Shown here piece after piece: positions 30,351 through 43,431 of a stretch of DNA of 64,000 nt; position 1 is the stretch's first letter, and every line of letters begins with the position of its first letter. Source of the DNA: the human T2T-CHM13v2.0 reference genome, Homo sapiens; assembly GCF_009914755.1 (NCBI RefSeq), contig NC_060938.1, one strand, 5' to 3'. A program made the translations under genes and the position numbers. Below the pieces are notes generated by a model, which worked only from the letters and a program-made list of their open reading frames with translations, did not search any database and was not told where the DNA came from.

Positions 30351-32671
30351 ACAAGAGATTTCTATTCTGGGAAGGGGTGAGTGGACGGCACAGTTGGTTT
30401 GGAAATACAAGAAACTGCGCCTGCATTTACAGAAGCAACGCACACAGGGAACGTCCTAGCGCCATCTGGTCTCGCACACACGCTTGGGACTCACAGGAGG
30501 GGCCTGGGCCTCGGCCAGCCCTAGTTATTGGTGCACAGTATGCAAGGCCTGGGCGGAAGTCAGGCAGGTTGTGGATCTTCCGGTCCAGCACCTCCGGGAA
30601 ACTCTTCACCTCCACCCCCAGGTGGCGCTGTCTGGATTTGCTCTCCTCAGTGTCTCTCTTCAGGGAACGCACTTTGTCTTCCAGGTTTTGATCCTCTCTC
30701 TGCCGCCTCCATCTTCTCAGAGACACAGTTGCACTCACCTGAGCTGAGGAGTAGTTTTACTTTGCTTTTGGGGACTTCCACTCTTTCTCGTTTTCTCGGA
30801 GCTCCGCCTCCAGCTCCTCTATCTTCCTCTTCAGCTGCGTGTTCTTCTCCTCTCTGTGGATCTCACGGCCTCTTCCTCTGCTCCACGCTGGCCACCGACT
30901 CCTGCAGCGCCGTGGGCAGCCGGGCGTCGCTCTCCCGCCGGGTCTGCAGCTCCATCTCCCACCTCTTCCCGTGGGCAGCTCTCTGCGTCGAGGCCGCCTT
31001 CAGCTTGTGGTTCCCAGACTGCAGGTGCGTGTCAGCTGCAGCGGCCTGAGAGGCCTTTCATCGTCCGTCCCGTTGACACTGGATGCCGGAGTAGAAGATG
31101 GGGCTCCATGCCCGGATTCTCGGGATTATTACTCGAGGGCTCCATGTTCTCCTGGGTCTTGTCTTTGGCTGTCTTGGCCGCTTCCTCCACCTCCTGGAAT
31201 TTCTCTGCAAACTTTGTCAGCTGCTGCTCAGAGGAAAACCCCAAACCAAACACCGTGTTGGCTCTGCTGTCGGCCCACTGCCCAGACGTCTGTGACACAT
31301 TGGTGAAGGTCATATTCGGTGTGATTGTGCTGTTTATGGTCACCTTGGCTCCGTCCACACTGACGATCCCATAGATGTTCCTTGTGACATCATAGAAGTA
31401 AGAAACGGTGACCGCCTGTTGCTCGCAGGCATCCAGTGCTTTTTGGTGTTGGGGTCAATCTGGAAGACCTGTGCTCCGGTGGTGAAGATGGGCTGTTCTT
31501 CCATCCCCGGCACTGCTCCGGCGGCCACTCCGACCCGGCCTCTCACGCTCACTGTCCGCCCGCTTGGCGTCTGCTACCGGCGCGGCACGTGCGGAGGCCC
31601 CTGCGCGCCTGGCTCAGCCCAGGCGCCGCTCCATTCCACCAGGCGCGGGCAGGCAGGGGCTCTCGAAAAATCATTCTAAGAGATAAATTAAAAGAGTAAT
31701 CTGTAATAAGGGGAATAATCTGTAATAAGCATTCCAACTCAGAAAAAAACTGAATATATGTAATACATATAAACTCCTGAGAAGAAAGGTCGAAGCACAA
31801 GAAGGGTCTCATGTGTAGCAGGTTGTAATATGTTTATTGTTAAAATTATTACCTTCATTTTTTTTTTTTAAAAAAAGCAAAGCATAATGAAATTAAGTTT
31901 TTGTGCTTATCTGGTACAACAGCCTGTTGAGAAAAATGAAGAGCCCTGTAATCCTGAGGAGGGGGCTTAATCCAAAGAGAGATGCTCCAGGTCCTGTGCA
32001 CATGAAAGATTTGCCTGCTTCTGCCCATCCAGGAGCTTACTTCCTGAAGCCTTTGAAGCCTTCAGGAGGCAGGAGGCTGAATGAGTTTCTCAGGACAATC
32101 TAATCATATCCTGACAGGGAGAAAAAAATCATGACCTAGGACGGATTAAAAAATGTATAATTAAAATTTCATTGAAAATTGAGAAATTTTGACTATGTAT
32201 TTATAGAGTGCAAAGCTATGTTATGATTTATGAATGCAATATGGAATAACTGAATCTAGCTAATTGACATATATATCAACTCAAATCCTCAAATCCTTAT
32301 TGTGTGTGTTTGTGTGACAGGGACATTTGAAATTTGTTCTTGGCCATTTTAAAATGACCAATACACTATATTTAAGCTTACAAATAGATACCAATTTATG
32401 TAAACTATAGAGAATCATTGCAATGAATAATGGATTACTATAATTTATATTTAGTTAATCATTAAGTTTCATTCATTAGGACATATTTTATAATGATTTT
32501 ATTATATTAAATATAAAAGACTAGACATGTATGCATAAGTTTGTGTATTTACACATATGTCTACAGATGTAAATTAATGTCGCCATAGCTATGTAGTTGA
32601 AGATATCAACAGATGTTAATACAACCTAGGAGAATAAGTGCATATTATTAGGAAGAATTATTTTTGAAGGA

Positions 32672-33420
32672 TTTTTTTTATTCTTTAAGTTTTAGGGTAC
32701 AGAGAAATGCAAATCAAAACCACAATGAGATACCATCTCACACCAGTTAGAATGGCAATCATTAAAAGGTCAGGAAACAACAGGTGCTGGAGAGGATGTG
32801 GAGAAATAGGGAACACTTTTACACTGTTGGTGGGACTATAAACTAGTTCAACCATTGTGGAAGTCAGTGTGGCGATTCCACAGGGATCTTGAACTAGAAA
32901 TAACCATTTGACCCAGCAATCCCATTACTGGGTATATACCCAAAGGATTATAAATCATGCTGCTATAAAGACACATGCACACATATGTTTATTGTGGCAC
33001 TATTCACAATAGCAAAAACTTGGAACCAACCCAAATGTCCAACAATGATAGACTGGACTAAGAAAATGTGGCACATATACACCATGGAATACTATGCAGC
33101 CATAAAAAATGATAAGTTCATGTCCTTTGTAGGGACATGGATGAAGCTGGAAACCATCATTCTCAGCAAACTATTGCAATCACAAAAAACTAAACACCGC
33201 ATGCTCTCACTCATAGGTGGGAATTGAACAATGAGAACACATGGACACAGGAAGGGGAACACACACCGGGGCCTGTTGTGAGGTGGGGGGAGGGGGGAGG
33301 GATAGCATTAGGAGATATACCTAATGTTAAGTGACGAGTTAATGGGTGCAGCACACCAACATGGCACATGTATACATATGTAACAAACCTGCACGTTGTG
33401 CACATGTACCCTAAAACTTA
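32672..33420. mobile_element. L1PA 3' fragment with inversion structure
   Basis: 32672-32701 is the reverse complement of the L1 terminus plus tail; 32702-33420 is plus-strand ORF2 end/3'UTR. Confidence 0.85.
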
Positions 33421-33664
33421 ATTTTTAAAAATACCCCTACATATAAATTTAAAAATTACTAAAACACAAATCCCAATTTTAAAAAATCATGATAAATAAC
33501 CATAGTAAAATATCAAAACCTCATAAGACTCCATATTCCTGCAAAAACAAACCCGCCTCCTGCAGCTGAGAAAGGAAACCTCCCCCTGCACCCGCCCCTG
33601 GGACCTGTCCCATCCTCAGTGGGTCCCGAGCGCCCCCAGTTGGCCCTGCGCGCCCCTGCAGGGA

Positions 33665-34130
33665 GATTTGTGTATGGGCCTACGTTAACCTCCCCCTCAC
33701 TGTCTCTAGTACAGTAATAGATGGCCGTGTACTCGGTTTTCAGGGTATTCACTTGCAGATACAGTGTGTTCTTTGAATCATCTCTTGAGATGGTGAACCT
33801 GCCTTTCACAGATGCAGCGCATTCTGTCGTGTAACTGTTACGTTTGGTTCTAATACGGCCAACCCACTCCAGCCCTTTCCCAGAAGCCTGGCGGATCCAG
33901 TGCATTCAGAAGTCACTGAAGGTGAATCTAGAAGCTGCAAATGAGAGTCTCGGGGACCCACCCAGGCTGTACCAAGCCTCCCCCAGACTCCACCAGCTGC
34001 GCCTCACGCTGGACGCCTGCAAACACAGAGACACCCTGGTCAGAAACGGCCACACATATCTACTGTTTCTCTCACTCATGTCCACTCGCACTCAACATCT
34101 CTCATTCTCCATAAATCACCTTCAAACTCC
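33665..34130 (-). pseudogene. IGHV3-42: IGHV3-family pseudogene (3-72/3-73-like CDR2) with defective RSS and collapsed leader
   Basis: [27 protein letters not shown]...YYCTR; FR1 frameshift, Cys23 lost, TGA in CDR1; heptamer GACAGTG with 24-nt spacer; leader reduced to GGAGTTTGAAG|GT. Confidence 0.9.
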
Positions 34131-35930
34131 GAAACAACATTATACTGAATAGGAATATGTTGAAAGTATTCCTCCTAAGACTCAGAACACGTCAAGGATG
34201 CCCACTTTCACCACTCTTAATCAATATGGAACTTGAAATCCTAGCCAGAGAAATTAGGCAAGAGAAAGAAATAAAGGCACTCAAATTGGAAAAGAGGAAG
34301 TCAAACTCTTTGTGTTTGCTGATAATATGATTTTGTACTTAAAAAAACTAATATTCTTTCAAAATACTCCTAGAATTGATGAGTTAATTCAGTAAAGTTT
34401 TAGAATAAATGAAAAAAGCATACAAAAACCAGTAGCATTATTATACACAAGTAACAATCAAGTAACAATCTAGCAGAAAGCCATAGATGAGTGGAACAGA
34501 ATAGACATTTCATAAATAAAGTCAAATGCCTGCAGCCAAACTGACTGTGAAAAACTAGACAAGAAGCATACACTGGGAACAGGTCACCTTGTTATATAAA
34601 TTGTGCAGGAAAAACTGAACAGCCATTTGCAGCAGAATAAAACTGGACCCGTATCTCTCACTATATCCAAAATTAAGCCAATATGGATAAAAGACTTAAC
34701 TGGGAGACCTGAGAGTCTGAAAGTTGCAGATGCTATTCTAGGAAATATTGTTCTGGAGATTGTCCTAGGCAAAGAATTCATGACTACAACCTTAAAAGTA
34801 AACAATAAAAACCGAAATAGACCATTTGGACTTAATACAAATAAGAAGCAAAGCATCTGAACAGCAAAACAAATAATCAAAAAACTTAACCGAAAGCGTA
34901 CAGAATGGGATAAACTATTTTTAAACTCTGTATCTGACAAAGAGCTAATATTTACAAACTACAAGAAACAAAAGCAACACAAAAACCCACAAATAACCAC
35001 ATTAAAAATGAGCAAATTACTACAATGTTTATTTTTCAAAAGACAAAAAAATCATCAACCAGCATATGAAAAAATAATCAATGACATTAATCATCAGAAA
35101 AATGCAATTTAAAGACACAGTGAGATACCATCTTATACCAGTCAGAAAAGCTACTATTAAAACAGTCAAAAAGAAAAATGGAACAAAACAAAAAACAGAT
35201 GCTAGTAAGGATGCAGAGAAGCAGGAGTGCTTATACACTGCTAGTGGAAATGTAAATTACTATAAGCTCTATGGAAAACAGTATGGAGATTTTGCAAATA
35301 ATTAATATTGGAACTAATATTTCATTCAGCAGTCCCACTACTGGGTATCTACCCAAGGGAAGATAAATTATTATATCAGATAGATGCCTGCATTTATATG
35401 TTTATTGCTGCTCTATTCACAATAGCAAATACATGGTACCAAACTAAGTTTCTATTAGTAAATGATTAGATAAAGGAAACAGTCGTATATGTTCATACAT
35501 ATACATATATGTACACACACATCCCCACACATACACACACTATACATGTGTATGTACATATACACATTTAATTACTACTCAATAATAGACAAGGAATGAA
35601 ATTATGTATTTTCCAGTAGCATGGATGAAACTGTAGGCCACTATCTTAAGTTAAAGAACTCAGAAGAATAAAGTTGAATACCACATGTCATATATAAGTG
35701 AGAGCTAAATAATATGTACACATGGATACAGAGTGTGGAATAAGAAATATTGGAGACTTGGAAGGTTGGGAGGGTGGGAGTGGCATGTGGGATGAGAAGT
35801 TACTTAATGGGTACAATATACACCATCCAGATGATGGCTATACTCAAAGCCCAGATTTTATCCCTCAACAATATATCCATGTAACAAAACGGCACTTTCA
35901 CCCCATAAATTTATACAAATAAAAGGATAA
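34131..35930 (+). mobile_element. Old L1 (ORF2 to 3'UTR) abutting the IGHV3-42 leader
   Basis: caaggatgcccactttcaccactc RT motif through the 3'UTR ending ...aaatttatacaaataaaa. Confidence 0.8.
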
Positions 35931-36839
35931 GTGATACATATCCCAATTATCACAAACCCACTCCAGAATGTCTTATACATACACACACAGCATTACCACT
36001 ACTTTATTGTAGTGTTCCATTTTTTTCACTTAAAAGAGAAAGGCAATCTCCATTGTCAGGGTAAATACACTTTGGAGAAGCTGTTATCCAGTAGGCCAGG
36101 GCAGTGCAGCTCTCCCATCAGCAACCACAAAGCTTTGTGTTTGGGTCATGTACATTCATCTACTATTGTTCTGTAGTAGTCTCTGGGCACAACATTGGCC
36201 CACACATTCTCCTCCATTCTAAGGGACTCAAAACAGAATCCACTTTTACACTAGTCATTCTCCAAATCCAGATTAACAAAAATTAGTAAAGAAGCAAAAG
36301 ATAAAACTCAAAAAGAGAGAACCCATCTCACTATCCTCCCATATTTCAGTCGTTTCATGCCTTACCCTCCCTATTTCACCACCTGAGCCCCCTTCTGGGT
36401 GGGTAGAGTTTGTGAAGCTTTTATCTTTTATCACAGTGTAATTGCTAACTCTAGTGGTCATGAGCCCATCAGCCCTAAATGAAAATGGTCAAAATCTGAG
36501 GTTGGTGCAGTATCCCTCTCCCTGCCAACTCTCTCCTGGATTTTCACTTAGTTCTCACAGATGGAAATTGCATATTTAGGCTATTTCTAATCATTTCACA
36601 TTTCATTATGTATTGATTGAGCCAGCTCCTTGGGAGTTGGATTTATAATTTCTAAATCCCATTTACCTCCAGAAACCGATTTCAGCTCAGCTGCTGTAAT
36701 AGACTGTAGTATTCTGTCACTCCCCAGGTATCAAATTTTGCCATTCCATACCTGAACACTTACGTTTTCCATGCAATGCTTCAGCCATGTATCATCATTG
36801 AGTCAGGGTCTCTCTAGGAAATCCTTCTTCTAACACAAC

Positions 36840-37440
36840 TGTGTTGAGAGTTCTCATCTGCCACCTGTAGGCTGAAAAATCAGTAAAAACACAGGACTCA
36901 TAACTGTTCTATTCACAGGAACAGTTTATTACAGAAAAATGATACAATTTAAAATAAGTAAAGACAAAAGGCACAAGGAGTGAAGCCCTGGAGAATCCAG
37001 GCACAAGCTCTCAGGTGTCCTCTCACAGTGGAGCCTTCTACACATGTGTAATTGTTCAGCTGTGAGGTAAGATGGCTTGTGTGAAGTGTTGACAACAAGG
37101 GGAGTGCCGCTGAGCTCTCTTGTCCAGGGCTGTGTTTGGGGAATGAATCATAGACTATGGAACACCTGGGGAACTGACCACAATACTCAGACGACAGCCC
37201 TCTCCAGCAAAACAAAAGTAGACATTCACTATAAATCACTGATTAAACTTGTACCGCATGTCCCAAGGCTACAGACATCCACAGACACTGTTATCAGGTG
37301 CAATATTTTATGGACTCGGAGATCTCATCACAGTAGGTAACAGCAATAAATGAACAAAAGTTTTTTTTTTTTTTAGTTATTTTTTAGGAATGTGCAGGGT
37401 TTGAACAATTCATACCTGCTGAGTTAACCCAGTGCTATAC
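36840..37440. mobile_element. Old ERV LTR (MER21-like)
   Basis: tttattacagaaaaatgatacaa...ggagaatccaggcacaagct motifs; family assignment from memory. Confidence 0.45.
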
Positions 37441-40044
37441 ACAAGTCCAGATGGGATGGATTGTGGATGGCCAGGCTCAGAAGAGAGGATAGAGATGGCC
37501 AAGTTAGGACCCCAGGGAGGAGCCTGAGGGAGGGAAATCGAGAACCTCTGGAGGGGCCCATGAGTGTGCCTGATCTGTGAGTTAAACCAAAGCTGTGATA
37601 TTTCCAAGGAGCCCAAGAAAATGGTGCTACAGTGAAGGGTGTGGGGAAGTGGCCGTAAAGAGGCAGTGCATGGGTGCAGGAGCGGAAGGGAGCTAAAGGG
37701 GTTAAGAACCAGGAAGCAGAGCAAGGGATCTGGGCATTCCTTAAAGAAGTAGGTTCAGAAATAAGCTGTCAAATGCCTCTAGCCTGGGCTTCCATCCATA
37801 TGTCAAAGATAAATTCTAGGCATGTTTCCCATCTGACAAATACCACAGTGTGAGGAAGGAGATGGCGGCGTTGCTAGGAGAGAACACTCTGGACGTGGCA
37901 GCAGCCCATCCTTGTCCACACATGGCCCTGCCTGTCCTTTATCATCACAGCTTGGAGGTTCTCATCCTTGTCCTGTGGTGGAAAAAAACCACCCTGTTCT
38001 TGGAATCCTAAGGAGATCTCCAGACACACGTGGGTGGTAAAGTCTACCCTAAATCTGGCATTTCCAAACAAGTCTTCTATCTACTTTTCATCAATGTGTT
38101 CATGAAGCTTCAGGTTAAGTGAAATATGTCAGTCACTAAATAGTAAAAACAAATCGCCAATTTACCAATGTTGGGATGACTCCTGGCTTTCAGAAGCAAA
38201 GAATTGGACAGAGAAGCAAAACTGTTTGTGCTCAGGACTTCTGGACACCACACATGGAAATTGAAATTCACACATACACACACAGTAAAATGGATAATCG
38301 CACTTATCTTATTTTTCGAGGTTCCTTGAGCAATTTAGGAAGCACTAAAGGTAGATTTATTAAAGAAAAAATATCAAGTAAAGACACTTGTTCCAGCACA
38401 GTAAGGAAGACTTTATCCAGGGTCCTCATGGTAGGTGTCGGGATCAGGGCAATGGTGTTTTGCAGTGAGGAGAGAGATTCAGCTGAACTCCAAATGCAGA
38501 ATGGAAACATGGGGATTTAAAGCCAAGCAGCAGGGTGGGGTCCGGAAGATGGAAAATTACTGAGAGGAAACATCAGGGGCACAGCAAATCTTGCTTAAAC
38601 CAACCTGCCAGAATTCTTGATGTTGGGCCAGGGTGATTAGACGTCACCGAGGTATGGTGAAGGGCAAGGAAACTGATCAGATACCCAGGAAAATCAGACA
38701 TGGAGGATGGGGAACTCTGGCTAAACCAACACACCAGAATTCCAGGTAAAACTGAATTTCACATGAAGTGCAGAGAGAAGGGCTGATGAGAAGTTTTAGG
38801 AGCCTCCTAACTTCTGTTGAAGCAAATGAGCTTCATCAGTTTGGGACCCATAAATGGTAGCACTTTCTGCTAACCAAACTCACAACTAAGTGAAATGAGA
38901 AAAATTTGTCACAAAAATGTACATTCAACCATTTCCTGAATTTCTGGAGATTCTGAGTGGCAGAATGAGCTGAGGTGTGATAGATCAATGGGTGTCCTAA
39001 TTCTGAACCCACAATTAGTTTTAAGGAGTGTTCACTGACAAAAGAACAGCTCAAGGTTCCCACATGTACAAACACCTGACTCCATGAATCTGCAGCTGGG
39101 GGTCTCTGCAGGCTCTGAGGTTCAGAGGACAGATCCCACCTCAGATTCAGCCTCAGGTAATTATTTGCTCTTTCTGTGGGGAGGAGAGCAACAGTGTAGA
39201 AGGAGGGTCAGCTGTACTCTATTTAGGAGCTCTGTACATGGAGGAAAACAATGAAAGTAGGGATCACACATCCTCAACACACGTCACAATTCCACATGAG
39301 AAAGGCAATTCTGTGCCAGGACATTCTGCAGAATTAAGGAATAAAGCAATTGGGGCAAATGTAGGAATCACCATTGTTTACAGACTGCATGTTTGTTTCT
39401 ATGTCATCCACAGAAATGAAGTAAAAGTGTATGTTCTGTATAGAACCCACAGTCTCTGGGCCCTGAGTCAGCACTTCCCTCCCTCCACCTGCAGGGAGCA
39501 CAATGCACCTGACCCAGGCACCCAGGGCTGCTCTCTGTCTTCCATGCCATGGCTGGTGTTGGAGCCACGTCCTGTGCTCCACTCTCAGGAGACGAACAAG
39601 CTCTGCGCTGATCTGAGCAGAGCCACTGCTGGGAGTCACTGGGTCCCTGATGGGAACCTGTGACACGACTCTGATTCAGTGACCTTGCTGGACCTTCATA
39701 GAACAACAAAGAAGTTTAGGAAAGTTCCACCCAGTCCTCCTCCCTTTCTCCTTCACTCAGGGACCGACTTCCCTCACATGCATTCAGCTACCCCAGACCC
39801 CTTCCACCACCTCTGCATTTCCTCTCAGAAGAGTGGACAGGGAAACTGTACACGAAGGAAACTGTACACGAAGCTAATCCAGTCACAGAGTTTGCTTCTC
39901 CGAAGACCAACACTAACACATATATTTTGGCAAAGCTGTTTATAATACCAGCCAGATTCTATTAATAAATATAAAATATGAACCAACCATGGAAATCATG
40001 TTTTATGTGTCTCCTTGGCTAGACCATAGTCTCAATTATTAAAT

Positions 40045-40290
40045 CAGACACTATTCTAGGTGTTGCTCTGATGGTTTCATACAAGTGTTATTCAAGCCTG
40101 CTATCAAGTTTCTCGAGCTAGGAAGATAGTGCTAGTTAACCTTGGTGTGCCTGATTTAATTCTAGCAGACATTAATCTAGTTGTTGCTCTGATGGCTTCA
40201 TACAGGTGTTATTCAAGCCTGCCATCAAGTTTCTCAAGCTAGGAAGATAGTGCTAGTTAACCTTGGTGTGTCTGATTTAATTCTAGCAGA
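40045..40290. repeat. Tandem duplication, 121-bp unit x2, in an MLT2-like remnant
   Basis: tgttgctctgatgg at 40061 and 40182; the two copies are nearly identical. Confidence 0.9.
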
Positions 40291-40671
40291 ACAAAAGACA
40301 ACAAAATTTCCTGGTGGATGGCAGGTGCGCCTCTTTCCAAAAATTCCAGCCTGCCCTTCCTGATGGCCAGCCCTAGACATGCCTAGACAGAAGACACAAT
40401 TGCTGTCACCAAGAAATCCCACACACTGGAGTGTCCACAATCAGCTCCCCCAAAGTCACAGGTGAGGAAGGTGACACAGGCAGTTTCAGCAGATCCAGAT
40501 CACAGATCTAGACAGGGTTCCTGGGGAAACTGTTAGATGGAGAAATTGTGAAGACTCTGAAAGGAAACCAGCTCTTAACCTTCCTGAGCAACTTGTCCCA
40601 GAGTTAACCCTATGCTCAGTGTGTCTTGAGTGGCCTCTGCAGCCCAGGCCCCTCCTGTCTTCCTGCAGCGA

Positions 40672-40710
40672 GGTTTTTGTCTGGGCTCTCGCTGACTTCC
40701 CCTCACTGTG
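40672..40710 (-). promoter_or_regulatory. Consensus 23-RSS of IGHV3-43
   Basis: CACAGTG (40710-40704), 23-nt spacer, ACAAAAACC (40680-40672). Confidence 0.97.
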
Positions 40711-41168
40711 TATCTTTTGCACAGTAATACAAGGCGGTGTCCTCAGTTCTCAGACTGTTCATTTGCAGATACAGGGAGTTTTTGCTGTTGTCTCTGGAGA
40801 TGGTGAATCGGCCCTTCACAGAGTCTGCATAGTATGTGCTACCACCATCCCAACTAATAAGAGAGACCCACTCCAGACCCTTCCCCGGAGCTTGACGGAC
40901 CCAGTGCATGGTATAATCATCAAAGGTGAATCCAGAGGCTGCACAGGAGAGTCTCAGGGACCCCCCAGGCTGTACCACGACTCCCCCAGACTCCACCAGC
41001 TGCACTTCACACTGGACACCTGCAAACACAGAGACACCCTGGTCAGACACTGCCACACATATCCACTGTTTCTCTCACTCATGTTCACTCACACTCAACA
41101 TCTCTATTTATCCATGAATCACCTTTTAAAATAGCAACAAGGAAAACCCAGCTCAGTCCAAACTCCAT
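40711..41168 (-). CDS. IGHV3-43: Functional Ig heavy variable gene segment; exon 1 41123-41168, intron 41020-41122, exon 2 40711-41019
   Basis: [55 protein letters not shown]...[18 protein letters not shown]...[14 protein letters not shown]; open frame, GT-AG intron, both Cys and the Trp conserved; DDYTMH and LRTED fit allele *01 as I recall it. Confidence 0.96.
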
Positions 41169-41267
41169 GGTGCGTTCTCTGTGTTCAGTGCTGATCACCG
41201 AATGGAAACACCTGGGAATCTCAGGGCTGGGGCTCCTCTCCCAGAGCTGCAGGGTCAGGGCTGGGCT

Positions 41268-41302
41268 GGTTTTCATCAGCAGAGGGAGGACCCTATTTGC
41301 AT
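41268..41302 (-). promoter_or_regulatory. VH promoter: octamer and TATA-like element
   Basis: ATGCAAAT at 41302-41295; ATGAAAA at 41276-41270. Confidence 0.9.
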
Positions 41303-42854
41303 GTCTCCTACTATATAATGAGTTCTGTAACAGATGCCTCAGAGTGGGCTGTGTCCAAGAGTGGATGTGGGTGATTATACTTCATAAGTAATTAATTCTC
41401 ACTAGCATTCATACTTTTACATGCACATGAAATATGTTCTTTGAGAGTCAATGTTTCCTTCATTTACAGATGTGAATGTAAACCCCCAAGTATGGAAGGA
41501 CCATGTGACATAGACAAGAGCTCACATCTCATAAGAGCCAGTCTCAGTGTCCAGCCTGCATTTCTCACAATTGGATCCAACTGTTCCCAAAATTAACTCT
41601 AGGAAAGAGCTATAAATTCCCAGTGAGGTTTACAAAACACTCTTCTTATAATGATATCGTGATATTATTTGGCTGTATCTTGGTGTTTTTATAAGTAATA
41701 GAGAAAAACTAAGGGTTAATTCATTCAGGAGTTCATGACTTTTCTTGTATTATTTTTATTTCTCTCTTCATCTTTTTCTACCACATTAGACTTTTATTTA
41801 TAATAGCTTTAATGAAGTAATACAGACATATAATCTTCACACAATATGTTCACCATTTGACAAACATTGACCTAATGACCATTCACAGAGAAAACAAATC
41901 AATTCGCCTCTCAATTTTCTCTTTGTCTCTCACAATTTCTCCCTCCTATACCTTCGCTTCTCTTACTATGGAGAAGTCAGTTAGTGATCTTTGTTATGTA
42001 ATTTCCAATGAGTATTCACTTTGTACAGTTTATAAAACGGAATCATATGTATGTGCTTTGGCTCACTATACTCATCATATGTACTTGTGAATTGAACCAT
42101 GCTGTTGATCGTATCCAACATTTACTGATTGTAGTAGTGGGTACTATCCCAATAAACGACTTTTCCACAATTTGTTTACTTATGAAGGTGCTGATTAATA
42201 TTTGGATTGTTTTCAGTTTCTGTGTATTTCAAATAAAGCTGCTGCTCAGCTTAGAGGAGTACACAGCTGAGAAACATGTTCCTGATCTTACAACAACATG
42301 AACAACAGCTAAACTGGTCAAGTTGCAAATGAATCAATATTCTTTAATACATCAGGTAATTAATGTTATGGCACCCCGTGTGTTTGTCAGTGTGTGAGTG
42401 AGAAAGAAAGAAAGAGGAAGGAAAGGAGACTGAAAAAGAAAGTGATTCTACATAATTATTAATTTGTGAGGTCCTCAAATACAGGGACTTATTCCTAATG
42501 AACAGGGTCCACATAGGTTGAAGAGGTTAACTTGATGCACCCACAAGATGGCTATAGATTCATAACATAAATAATATTCTCTAAACACATGAACACCCAT
42601 ACACATTAGAATAGATGTGCTGGAGGGTGTTTAGTAGTGGAAATGAGAAGGTGACACTAAACTCCGTCTTCAGAGCCTTTCCCCGCCTGCTACACCTGCT
42701 CTGAGGCTGAACCTTGAGCCTGCCTGACCACTGAGCCCCACAATGGTCCTGAGCCTTCAGGCGGTGCCAAATGCCCCCTGGGTTTCCCTGCTGGTTCCTG
42801 GGTGCTGGCTTCTGTCCTCAGCACCCACTGCTGTTCTGTAAACTCCCACAGGAA

Positions 42855-43431
42855 GGTTTGTGTGTGGGCTCATACTGAAGTCTCTTCACTGTGTCTTTTG
42901 CTTAAAAATACTTGTTTGTGGCTGGGCACAGTGGCTTATACCTGTAATCCCAGCACTTTTGGAGGCCGAGTCGGGTGGATCAGAAGGTCAGGAGTTCAAG
43001 ACCAGCCTGGCCAACATAGTGAAACCCTGTCTCTACTAAAAATACAAAAATTAGCCAGGTGTGGTGGTGAGTGCCTGCAGTCCAAGCTACTTGGAGGCTG
43101 AGGCTGGAGAATCACTTGAACCCAGGAGGTGGAGCTCGTAGTGAGCCAAGATTGATTGCCCCACTGCACTCCAGCCTGGGTGACACAAGACTCTATCAAA
43201 AACACACACACACACACCAAAACAAAACAAAAAAACAAACATGGCTGTGTGCTTGTTGCTAATGTCACTCAGCCATACGAAGAGCTGTTTTTGGACATAG
43301 ATCTGGAGGTGGTGACTGGACTCTTGAGGAGTGGGTTAGAATTTGTGCTCCCTTCATGACCTGTGCACCTGACCCACTCCAGTCCCTTCCCTGGGGGCTG
43401 ATGGATCCAGCTCCAGCAGGAAGCACTGGTT
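42855..43431 (-). pseudogene. IGHVII-43-1: IGHV clan II pseudogene fragment (CDR1-FR3), Alu-interrupted, with intact 23-RSS at 42855-42893
   Basis: Minus strand [16 protein letters not shown]...NPLLKSPVT; the YYC motif reads YF*; CACAGTG-23-ACACAAACC. Symbol from gene order. Confidence 0.83.
42920..43240 (+). mobile_element. AluS inserted in FR3 of the clan II pseudogene
   Basis: Dimer with (CA)n/A tail; diverged TSD aaaaatacttgtttgt / aacaaacatggctgt. Confidence 0.9.

Noticed and set aside
30071-31699. Long plus-strand ORFs (up to 206 aa)
   Set aside because: Antisense shadows of the HOMER2 pseudogene and Alu
33513-33905. 130-aa VH-like ORF as a functional gene
   Set aside because: Internal part of IGHV3-42 with upstream stop and frameshift, no leader or promoter, defective RSS
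40720-40726. Cryptic heptamer TACTGTG in IGHV3-43 FR3
   Set aside because: Real, but a standard feature of most VH genes (VH replacement signal)
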